A stretch of 64,000 nt of DNA from assembly GCF_006345805.1 (NCBI RefSeq), contig NC_042999.1, forward strand, positions 85,684,001-85,748,000, in the 5' to 3' direction. Shown here one piece after another: positions 50,755 to 61,063 of this stretch; position 1 is the first letter of the stretch, and each line of letters begins with the position of its first letter. This stretch comes from Octopus sinensis (Eukaryota). The translations under genes were made by a program, and so were the position numbers. The notes under the pieces are model-generated. The model did no database searches, had not been told where the DNA came from, and saw nothing but the letters and a program-made list of their open reading frames with translations.

Positions 50755-51270
50755 GGAAAGACTTCCGTCCGTCCCCCGACCATTTCCTCCAAAATTTGTT
50801 TATTTAAATATTTTTTTGGCAAAAAATCCCCGTTTTCGGATACGGAGGTTCCGGGAAATCGTCAAAAATCGCCCCCCAACTTCTTCAACTTTGACTTTTT
50901 TCCGCAACACTAACCCGAAAACCCTAACCCTAAGTACAGAAATGTTTTGAAATTTTTGTCCGAATCCTGATGTCCGTATTTTTCCGCATATTTCGAAAAG
51001 AAAAAATTCTTTAAAAAAAATTTTACAAAGATTTTTGGAAATTTTTTTTCAGAATCATGATCTCTGTATTTTTCCGCATATTTTGAGAAAAAAAAATCTG
51101 AAAAAAGTTAAAAATGAAGGAAATGGGGGTGGAGGTGGTAATTTAGAAATGTCGATTTTTGCCAATTTTTTTGCAGATTCGTATTCCCCGTAGCCAAAAA
51201 GGTGGTGTTGTGTTGAAAAAAAAGTTTTAAAAAGGGTGGTTTTTGGTGGGGGATGGGCAGAAGTCTTGCC
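50755..51270. mobile_element. MITE-like element with GG...CC ends
   Basis: Imperfect TIRs ggaaagacttccgtccgtccccc / gggggatgggcagaagtcttgcc; flanks caattgta / caatttga (6/8); internal ccctaaccctaa. Confidence 0.55.
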
Positions 51271-51477
51271 CAATTTGAAAGACTTCCGCCCTGTAAAATT
51301 TAAAATTATACATATACATTTTTACCAATACTTGCACATTTCTTTCTTCCAAATTCTTGGTTCCTATGACTTGTAACAGCTACTCATTTCCTTTTGCTGC
51401 TCCAGCTTGTTTGTGCATATGCTAATTCAACTGACTTTTAATCATACAGCTCCCACCCCTTCATTTTCTCATTTCTA

Positions 51478-51626
51478 TTCTTGGCGTTAGAAAGGGCATC
51501 CAGCTGTAGAAACTCTGCCAGATGAAGATTGAAGCCTGGTGCAGCCATCAGGTTCGCCAGTCCTCAGTCATACGTCCAACCCACGCTAGCATGGAAAGTG
51601 GATGTTAAACGATGATGATGATGATG
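51478..51626 (+). mobile_element. RTE 3' terminus with (GAT)n tail
   Basis: ttggcgttagaaagggcatccagctgtagaaac...gttaaacgatgatgatg. Confidence 0.85.
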
Positions 51627-53597
51627 ATTCTTACATCAGAAATAATAAGACCATTACTTTTTGCAAATACAGGACATACCTGCTTTCGTTGGGTGTTCCT
51701 GCTTTACCATTTGGTGAGAATTTTCTTGTCTGTCATTGTCATTGCTGGATTCAACAATAAAAGTGTACTTTTACTCATATTAGCTAAGCACTGGTGAAAG
51801 AAGGAAGGATTGTGCTGGATTTTAAATTTGATGTTTTAGAAAAAGGGTAAAAAACTCAGTCATATTGCAAAAGCATTAAGATTTGCAATGTCTAAAGTGG
51901 GACAATACATGACAATAAATAAAGCCTTGTTATCTTTTAACTACTCAGACAACTGCTTTTTCAGAGATGTAATATTTAATGGTTTCTAAATGCATGTGAC
52001 AATCAGACTGGATATAATATGCTGATTAACATGAGATCATTTAAGTGAAAGCAAGATATTTGTTTGTAGAAAGAGGAAAGTGCAATTTCCAATGCAAACA
52101 TTCTCTGGCTTGTAAATGTGGGTTTGAAAGGTTTAGAAGCTCCTTAATTTGCACAACATTAGCATGACTAATGAAGATACCAATGTTGATATAAGTTATC
52201 CTGTGGAGCTGAAGAAAAGGATTGTAAAAGAGGGCTGCATGGTAAAACAAGGGAATAACATCAATGAGACTGAGCTGTCTTAAAAGTGTATGCCTGCTAA
52301 GATTCTTATTTCTTGTGAAGAAAATCAGCAGTAAGCTGTAAAGCTTCCAGAATTTGTCTGATACTTCTTGTGGGTGAAAATATGAAATTAAAGCCTAAAA
52401 ATTGGAAGGCTTTCAAGAACTATGTTACTTTTAATTTACCTTTGATTTAGCATTCAAATAAGACTGGCAAATATTTTTGCCCTGCGGTAAAAAAAAAAAC
52501 GAAAGATCAATGTCAGACAATATATCCAACTAAACATTGATCATTTAGACAATGTACCAAACTATTAAATGAGATCAAATTATCTTCTTTATAATGCAAG
52601 AGTAGAATATGTCCTAAAAAAATTTTTTTTGCTCCAGTCAAAGGATCAAGGTGCGATAGCTAACATCTGAAAAGAAATTTGAAGAAAAAACCCCTCAAAA
52701 ATAATTGATAGAGAGGATAAATTGTTGAAACCAATGGCTTCACCCCAAATATTGTTACTAGTTAATACTGATAACTCTTCAGAAGTGCATAACCTATTTA
52801 GTGCTGGAGGTACATGACTCTAGGTTGGTTTGATGGTGGCAAAAGGGTGAAATAAAATCTAGTGAAAAATATTTGAGGATTAAATTCAACTGTGCAACTA
52901 ATGTAAAAGAAAAAAAATATTAGTTTGTACTTCTAAACTGTGGACAGTGACAGTGTGCTCATGTAGAGTTTAAAATAATTGCCAAGTTAATGGTCAATGC
53001 AACACAGAGACCATGGCCTATAAAGCAGAAGTAGTACTGATCAAGACCAATGGAACAAAGCATATACTGAAATACATCTGGGCAGCAGAAGATCCCTTTA
53101 AGGCTAGGCTGAATATTCTCAAATCTTATTTTAGGATCCAGAAAGGCATAATGTCACAACTTTAGCTTGCCATATATGGCAATTAAAAGAGGATGCAATG
53201 ATATATAACATGGACTTGTAAGTAGGAAATGTGAATACTACATGAAGAGAATCATTCTAAAATACGTGTATGATTCACACACTTTCTTGAATTCAAATTG
53301 CAAAATTTTCAGATACTGCCTTCATGAGCACAAACTTGATTTTTCAACATGGTTATGTCTCTTTTTAAACTAGAGAATGTTACACATACAGCCTACATAC
53401 TTCACTCATGGATAATATCAATCCAGAGGAAATAATTTCTCTTTCTTCTCAAAAATATTTTTCACTAAATCCCATTTTATCCTTTTGATGCTACTAAACA
53501 AATGTAGAGTTTGTGTACCTCAAGTACTAAAGAGGCTATATACTTTAGCCAGAATGTCTGAAGAGTCATCGATATTGTGTAACATCTCCTTACTAGT

Positions 53598-53798
53598 CAC
53601 TGCAACAGAAAAACAGTTGTATATGAAGAAGGGGTAATGACAAAGGACACCAAAGAGCAGTCAAATGTAAGGAAGAATATAGGCATGATAGAAGTTGCTT
53701 TCAGAACCAGATTCAGCAACCATAAATCTGACGTTAATATTCAGGAGAGACACAGTGTCATATCTCTGGCTGAGTATATATGGTTGTTGAAAGAAAGC
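53598..53798 (+). pseudogene. GIY-YIG endonuclease relic of a Penelope-like element
   Basis: CNRKTVVYE...NIGMIEVAFRTRFSNHK...SLAEYIWLLK; cut off by a family A SINE at ~53805. Confidence 0.65.
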
Positions 53799-56225
53799 AC
53801 CATGGATTTGTGAGTGGATTTGGTAGATGGAAACTGAAAGAAGCTTGTTGTATATATATATATTTAAGTGTGTGTACCTTTGTGTTTGTCCCCCTCACCA
53901 TCACTTGACAACTGATGTTGGTGTGTTTATGTCCCCGTAACTAGTTCAGCAAAAGAGACTGAAAGATGGGATTGGTTTGTTTGACTAAAACCCTTTAAGG
54001 CGGTGCTCAAGCATGGCCACAGTCAAATAACTGAAACATGTAAAAGGATAATTGTATTGAACCACTCTTCAGTGTTTTAAAATGTTTCTTAATCTCCTGT
54101 GACGCATTGATGACTGTGGACATCTTAGCATCTGGAACTGTGACATCATAACCTCCTCTCTGACACTGAATGATCTCATGAAGTTTCATATTTTTCTTGT
54201 CACAAGTTCAAAACTTCAAATATATTTAACTTTTATGTATAACAAATGCAATGAATGACAATGCAATTATGCATATTGTAGCTAATAAAATATTTTGTAC
54301 AATATGAGCAAAATTAGGACACATTTATTCAACTTGTCTCTTGATAACTGAAATTATATAATGAATCAAGGACCATTGCCCCAGTTCAAATTATTATAAT
54401 GTATTCTTGTCACATGCTGGTATTATCTTTTGGAGTATAAACAAACATAGAAATGCTTCATGACTTTCTAGTGCAACCCAATCACCTCATGATATCTGTA
54501 TAGAATATCTAATCAACGAGAATTAGATGCCTGCCCGTCATATGTAACAAAGTAAGTTTAAGTTGCTTTTTCATTTTATTAGGAGGGGTTATATCGTGTT
54601 AAAGATTGCTGAGAGAAATTATCATAGATTTTTTTTTTTTCAGATGAAGAATGCCATGGAAAAAATAGTAAGGAAAAGAAACTAGTTAGGTGGGATAGAA
54701 AGATAAAAGAAGTTTCAAATTGAGGAAAAGAATTATCAGAAACCAGAGATTATATGTCTACTGAAAATTCTTAGTTGAGAAATCTTAAGATTTCATGACC
54801 TCCTTGAGGACATTCACAATGGTGAAAGGAATTGGTGTAACAGAGATGGAATTCTCTCAAGGCATGCTACCTACCTTCATGGAGATGGAGATGGTGTCCA
54901 GACTTGTAGAACTGCACTGGAAGTGGAATCCTTTAAGGACTTGCTAGCACCTTCATTTGGCCTAGGAGCTAGTGATAATACCTTGGCTGCTGCAGCTTCA
55001 CAGCCAGTAGAAGTAGAGCCTTCAGAAGATATGTCCATTTCAGAAGACTAAGAAGGACTATGTGTGATCAGTGACATATGTATGAAGTACTTAGCAGATC
55101 ATCTATCTTGTGGAACATGTATAACGTTAAATCTTGTACATCATCTTGTTGAGTTAGGTTCTTGTTCATATTGAGTTTTGCAAAAGATGAAGTTTAGTGC
55201 AGTTGTGTGCAAGAAACAAGCTAAAAGTGGGTGTGTTAATTTACAAAGAGCAAACATTAGATGAATATAATGATCCAAAACTGATTGCAAGACGTTTGTT
55301 AAGGACACAGAAAATTTTGAAAGATATGAAAAATTAAAATAAAATAAAAAAGAAAGAAAAATGAAACAGAGAAAGATCTTGCCCTTACTAACTTTCATTT
55401 GTACAACATCAGAACTGTTTTTTGTAGCATTAGAAATGGAAGAGCTAGAGAAACATATTACTATGGAAGTGGTTTTCTATTTGAGAAAACACGACGATCT
55501 CAAATATCCAGATTTAGTTATCCCAGATACAAATAAATGCAATTTTTTTTTAACTTAAAGTGTTTGCTCCATTGCTGGAGCAACATTTATTACCAAGAGA
55601 TCAAAATGCCACAACATATTTCAAACCTGACAAACAAAGTGATCTAATTCAGTTTCTTATCAGCCCAGATTCAATCACAGATAATAGCAGAAATTAAGTG
55701 GCTAAACACTTCCTATAATTACTGATAATAATATTGTTATTAGTCCAACAGTTCAGTTTTATTTATCAATCACAATTAAGCACTATCACTTAATTGTGAT
55801 TGGTACATATGGCTAATGTAAGATCAAAAAAGATTAGGATTGATAGCTAACACTTTGAAGACATCAGGCATACAGATGAAGTCCTTTCAGCTCTTGCCAA
55901 TGGAAACAAAATTTACATTAAAATGAAACTAAAAGTTTTATTAATTAAGTTTTAGGCAATAGGACCAGATTTGAATAGATATGAACATAAAATCTAATCA
56001 TGACACATTAGTTACTTCATTTATATATATAAATTCAAAAGTATTAACCAAATATATTATGTATACTTTTGAATTTATGCATAACTGGAAGGAAAAATCC
56101 TTATTCACCTTAGTAAGTATGTGTGAGTGTCCATACACACTGTTAGTGCAGAGGTATGCTATCCCCAACTCTACCTTGGTGCCTTTGTTATTAAAATACC
56201 TTGAGTTTATTGGATCCTGAAAAGT

Positions 56226-56269
<44 letters not shown>

Positions 56270-56644
56270 GTGAAATTTAACTTGTGACTAAGACCATTTT
56301 CTAAACTCGGTAAGTCCATGTAGATGTTTCAAGAGTTCAGAACGTCCCTGTATATGAATTAGCTTTGAGTGAGTAAAGTGTTACACACCACTGAACCCAC
56401 TTTTCAGTGCAATCAGCTATAACACCAGTGGCACAGTAGAGGTTGAGATGACCAGAAACAAACTGCACTTCATCATCATCATCATCATCATCGTTTAACG
56501 TCCGCTTTCCATGCTAGCATGGGTTGGACGGTTCAACTGGGGTCTGGGGAGCCCGAAGGCTGCACCAGGCCAGTCAGATCTGGCAGTGTTTCTACAGCTG
56601 GATGCCCTTCCTAACGCCAACCACTCCGAGAGTGTAGTGGGTGA

Positions 56645-56955
56645 TTTTATGTGCCACCGACACAGATGCCAGACAAGGCTGGCGAACGGCCACGCTCGGA
56701 TGGTGTTTTTATGTGCCACCGACACAGGTGCCAGACGAGGCTGGCAGACGGCCACGCTCGGATGGTGTTTTTATGTGCCACCGACACAGGTGCCAGACGA
56801 GGCTGGCAGACGGCCACGCTCGGATGGTGTTTTTATGTGCCACCGACACAGGTGCCAGACAAGGCTGGCAGACGGCCACGCTCGGATGGTGTTTTTATGT
56901 GCCACCGACACAGGTGCCAGACGAGGCTGGCAGACGGCCACGCTCGGACGGTGTT
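56645..56955. repeat. Tandem array, 5 x 62 bp, in the RTE 3' UTR
   Basis: atgtgccaccgacac recurs at 56649, 56711, 56773, 56835 and 56897. Confidence 0.95.
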
Positions 56956-57213
56956 TGTTACATGCCCACAGCACGGAGGCCAGTCGATGCGGTACTGGCT
57001 ACGGTCCCGTTAGGATGGTTTCCTTATGTGCCACCGGCACTGGTACCACAAGGATACAAATTCCATTGATGTTCATCTATTTTGATTTGGTTTGACTTGA
57101 TTCGATTTGACTTTGATTTGATTTGCCTCAACAGGTCTCAAGTGTCACAAGCAGGAAGGTATGCACAGGCGGACTGACTACGTCCCAGGTAGGGGCCACG
57201 GGTTATGGCTTCA

Positions 57214-60021
57214 CTAGTCTTGCCGGGTCTTCTCACGCACAGCATACTTCCATAGGTCTCGGTCTCTGGTCATTTCCATGGTGAGACCTAACGTTCGAAG
57301 GTTGTGCTTCACCACCTCGTCCCAGGTTTTCCTGGGTCTACCTCTTCCACGGGTTCCCTCAACTGCTAGGGATTGGCACTTTCTCACACACCTATCTTCA
57401 TCCATTCTCGCCACATGACCATACCATCGCAATCGTCTCTCTTGCACGCAACAACTGATGCTTCTTAGGTACAACATTTCTCTTAGGGAACTAACACTCT
57501 GTCGAGTAAGTACACTGACATTACACATCCATCGGAGCATACTGGCTTCATTCCTCATGAGCTTACGCATGTCCTCAGCAGTCACGGCCCATGTTTCACT
57601 GCCATGTAGCATGGCAGTTCGAACACATGCATCATACAGTCTGCCCTTTACTCTGAGCGAGAGGCCTTTAGTCACCAGCAGAGGTAAGAGCTCCCTAAAC
57701 TTTGCCCAGGCTATTCTTATTCTAGCAGTTACACTCTCAGCGCACCCACCCCCACTACTGACTTGGTCACCTAGATAACGGAAGCTATCAACTACTTCTA
57801 ATTTTTCCCCCTGGAAAGTGACGGAAGTTGTTTTCTGCAGATTTTCGGAGGTCAATGCTCCCGAGCATCTGCCACATATAAAGACTATCTTCCCAGTTAG
57901 CCTACCTTTGACATTGCTGCACCTCTTATGTGTCCATAGCTTACACTGGGTACATCTTATAGAGTTTCTACCTACACCTTTTCTACAGATCGAGCAGGGC
58001 CATCTTCCTGAGGACATTTGTGGATTGCCTACCTTTCTACTTATTAGTACTTTGGTTTTAGCTAGGTTGACTCTAAGGCCCCTCGATTCTAAACCCTCCT
58101 TCCACACCTGGAACTTCTCCTCCAGTTCTGATAGTGACTCAGCAATTAGAGCGAGGTCGTCAGCATAGAGGAGCTCCCAGGGGCAACCTGTCGTGAATTC
58201 CTCTGTTATTGCCTGGAGGACTATGATAAATAGGATGGGGCTGAGTACTGAACCCTGGTGGACCCCAACCTCTACTTTGAATTCTTCTGTGTACATGTTG
58301 CCAACCCTAACCTTGCTTACGGCATCTCTGTACATGGCTTGCACAGCCCTCACCAGCCATTCATCTATCCCTAGTTTCCTCATTGACCACCAGATGAGGG
58401 ATCGGGGGACCCTAACAAAGGCTTTCTCCATGTCAACGAAAGCCAGGTACAGGGGCTTATCTTTGGCTAGGTATTTCTCCTGCAGCTGCCTTACCAGGAA
58501 TATAGCATCAGTGGTGCTTTTCCCTGGCACAAACCCAAACTGCATCTCATCTAAACTAACTCTCTCTCTAATTAGTTGGGCTATGACCCTCTCCGTAACC
58601 TTCATTACCTGATCCAACAGCTTGATACCTCTGTAATTATTTGTATCTAGGGCATCACCTTTACCTTTGTAGCAGTTGACTAGTATGCTGCTACACCAGT
58701 CATTGGGTATGACTCCTTCGTGTATCACCTGGTTGACTATACGGGTGACTAGGTTGTAGCCGACACTGCCAGATATTTTGAGCATCTCTGCATTAATACC
58801 CGATGGGCCTGGGGCTTTCCCTGTCTTCATGCTTCTAATTGCCTTAGCTACCACGGAACTATCAACTTGGATAGCTGGTCCCTCTGTTGGGTCAACATTC
58901 GGCAGACTCTCTTTATCCCATTCATTTTCTTTATTCAGCAACCTTTCATAGTGGCATCTCCAAACCTCTCTCTTTGCATCCTCATTTAGCGCAAGTGAAC
59001 CATCATCCATGCGAACACACTTCTCTCCTACCACATCACGATTCTCTCTCACACACTGTCTTGCAACACGAAATACCTCAAGTCTTTCATCCTCACGGCG
59101 CAGAACATTGGCAAATTTTTTCTTATCCGCTTCCCCTCTGGCTAAATAAACCTGTCTCCTAGCTTCCCTTCTGGCTGTCTGATACAATTCCCTGCTACCA
59201 CCGTTCTTCCAGTCCTTCCAAGCCTGTCTCTTTTGTCTAATAGCCCTGTCAACCACAGTGTTCCACCACCATGTCACTCTGGGTTGAGATGGTACTTTGC
59301 TCCATCCACAGATCTGGTCAGTGGCTGTCAGCAGATTGTCCCGTAGAAATCTCCAGTTGTCTTCCACATTAAGTGAAGCTATATCCCCTTCTATTTCGTC
59401 AAAGGCTTCGAGTAGTATGTCTCTAAATTTCTGTCCATTTGCAGGATCTTTAAGCTTCCAGACCCTTCTCCTCCAAGCAGGTCTTCTTCTGGGCAACCAT
59501 TTAGCTCTGATCCTGAAGTCGCTAACTACTAATCTATGTTGAGGAGTGCATTCTTCGCCTGGAAAGGTTTTGGCATTTATAATCAGCCCTCTTTCCCTTT
59601 TTCTGGCAAGGATGTAGTCGATCTGGCTGGTGTGTCTGCCAGAACGGTAGGTGACTAGGTGAGAGGAAAGTTTCCTGAAGTTGGTATTGCAGACCATAAG
59701 GTCATTTGCATCGCAGAACTCCAGCAGCCTGGTTCCCTCCTCATTACGAGAGCCGAAACCGTAGCCTCCATGGATGCCATGGAAGCCCCCAACATGCCGT
59801 CCGACATGTCCATTGAAATCACCTGCCACGAAGAGAAGGTCACTGTCATTTGTCAACGAGGTAGTTCGCAATAGGGTGTCATAGAATTGGTCTTTTTGTC
59901 CTTCCGGTAGCCCTGGTTGAGGGGCATATGCCGAGATGATGGTAACTGTCCTGTGATGAAGAACTAATCTAATTTTAATTACTCTGTCACTTACTCTGAC
60001 TACCTCAATTACCTTACCTAC
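57214..60021 (-). CDS. RTE ORF: partial AP endonuclease + reverse transcriptase + PHD-type finger, N-terminally truncated
   Basis: The frame stays open upstream of the track's 59871 start (KVIEVVRVSDR...SAYAPQ). Motifs GDFNGH, SQIDY, QHRLV, NYRGIKLL, QFGF, FVDMEKAF, GVHQGSVLSP, YADD, FRYLG. Confidence 0.93.
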   Translation of the reverse strand, partial: VGKVIEVVRVSDRVIKIRLVLHHRTVTIISAYAPQPGLPEGQKDQFYDTLLRTTSLTNDSDLLFVAGDFNGHVGRHVGGFHGIHGGYGFGSRNEEGTRLLEFCDANDLMVCNTNFRKLSSHLVTYRSGRHTSQIDYILARKRERGLIINAKTFPGEECTPQHRLVVSDFRIRAKWLPRRRPAWRRRVWKLKDPANGQKFRDILLEAFDEIEGDIASLNVEDNWRFLRDNLLTATDQICGWSKVPSQPRVTWWWNTVVDRAIRQKRQAWKDWKNGGSRELYQTARREARRQVYLARGEADKKKFANVLRREDERLEVFRVARQCVRENRDVVGEKCVRMDDGSLALNEDAKREVWRCHYERLLNKENEWDKESLPNVDPTEGPAIQVDSSVVAKAIRSMKTGKAPGPSGINAEMLKISGSVGYNLVTRIVNQVIHEGVIPNDWCSSILVNCYKGKGDALDTNNYRGIKLLDQVMKVTERVIAQLIRERVSLDEMQFGFVPGKSTTDAIFLVRQLQEKYLAKDKPLYLAFVDMEKAFVRVPRSLIWWSMRKLGIDEWLVRAVQAMYRDAVSKVRVGNMYTEEFKVEVGVHQGSVLSPILFIIVLQAITEEFTTGCPWELLYADDLALIAESLSELEEKFQVWKEGLESRGLRVNLAKTKVLISRKVGNPQMSSGRWPCSICRKGVGRNSIRCTQCKLWTHKRCSNVKGRLTGKIVFICGRCSGALTSENLQKTTSVTFQGEKLEVVDSFRYLGDQVSSGGGCAESVTARIRIAWAKFRELLPLLVTKGLSLRVKGRLYDACVRTAMLHGSETWAVTAEDMRKLMRNEASMLRWMCNVSVLTRQSVSSLREMLYLRSISCCVQERRLRWYGHVARMDEDRCVRKCQSLAVEGTRGRGRPRKTWDEVVKHNLRTLGLTMEMTRDRDLWKYAVREKTRQD

Positions 60022-60240
60022 TTCAGGTTTGTTTATCCTTCTTCTTCAAAGAAGTTCAAAGAACTAGGGTTCCTTCATTCCCAGTAGTTCACATGCTAGT
60101 TAATCCATAGCTTGGATCCTACTCCATGTCAGAGTAGACCTGGAAACAAAAGTGGGTAAAAGGTGGTTCCACACTCCTCAAAACTCTGGAACTCATGAAC
60201 CAGAGCCCCAGCACCAGTTTAAAGTCATACCTAGGATATA

Positions 60241-60577
60241 TGCGCATGGCTCAGTGGTTAGAGCGTCGAGCTTATGATCGTGAGGTTGTGAGCTCGAATC
60301 CCGGACCGGGCTGCGTGTTGTGTTCTCGAGCAAGGCACTTTATTTCACGTTGCTCCAGTTCACTCAGCTGTAGAAATGAGTTGCGACGTCACTGGTGCCA
60401 AGCTGTATCGACCTTTGTCTTTCCCTTGGATAACACTGGTGGCGTGGAGAGGGGAGGCTGGTTTGCATGGGCGACTGCTGGCCTTCCATAAACAACCTTG
60501 CCCGGACTTGTGCCTGGGAGGGTAACTTTCTAGGTGCAATCCCATGGTCATTCATGACCGAAGGGGGTCTTTACCCC
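60241..60577 (+). mobile_element. tRNA-derived SINE, family D, with central conserved-domain-like segment
   Basis: TGGCTCAGTGGTTAGAGC A box, AGCTCGAATCCC B box, tgttctcgagcaaggcacttta core. Confidence 0.8.
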
Positions 60578-60929
60578 CTTTACATGCACACACAAACACC
60601 TATATATTTATCATCATAATCATCATCATTTAATATCGGCTTTCCATGCTGGCATGGATTGGATGGTTTGACAGGATCTGACCAGCCAGAAGGCTGAACC
60701 AAGGTCAAACTGTTTGCTTTGGCATGGTTTCTAAAGATGGATGTCCTTCCTAATGCCAACCACTTTACAGAGTGTACTGGGTGCATTTTACATGGCACAA
60801 GCACCACCAAGGTCACCAAGTACTTTGCAAGATAAGGTGATGACAGGTTAGAGTGTGAGTAGAGGGACATAAATAGATGTCTTGCATTAAAAGAGATACA
60901 TGGTTATGTTAGCTGGAAAAAGAGGACAG

Positions 60930-60932
<3 letters not shown>

Positions 60933-61028
<96 letters not shown>

Positions 61029-61029
61029 C

Positions 61030-61062
<33 letters not shown>
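60933..61062. repeat. (GA)n microsatellite
   Basis: Seen directly in the sequence. Confidence 0.97.

Positions 61063-61063
<1 letters not shown>

Larger units (their letters stand above)
56467..60025 (-). mobile_element. Young 5'-truncated RTE-clade LINE
   Basis: Open APE-RT frame, 3' UTR, (GAT)n tail; candidate 6-bp TSD acttca at 56467-56472 and 60020-60025. Confidence 0.95.

Noticed and set aside
56175-56216. 42-nt phase 0-0 minus-strand exon candidate (DPINSRYFNNKGTK)
   Set aside because: Weak donor, no start codon and no ADA similarity.
56645-56955. CRISPR-like array
   Set aside because: The units are contiguous with no unique spacers, there are no cas genes, and the context is eukaryotic.
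56495-57095. Overlapping 120-194 aa ORFs
   Set aside because: They result from the stop-poor 62-bp tandem array in the RTE 3' UTR.
60241-60313. Possible tRNA gene
   Set aside because: The anticodon and T stems do not pair properly and the sequence runs on into a SINE body.
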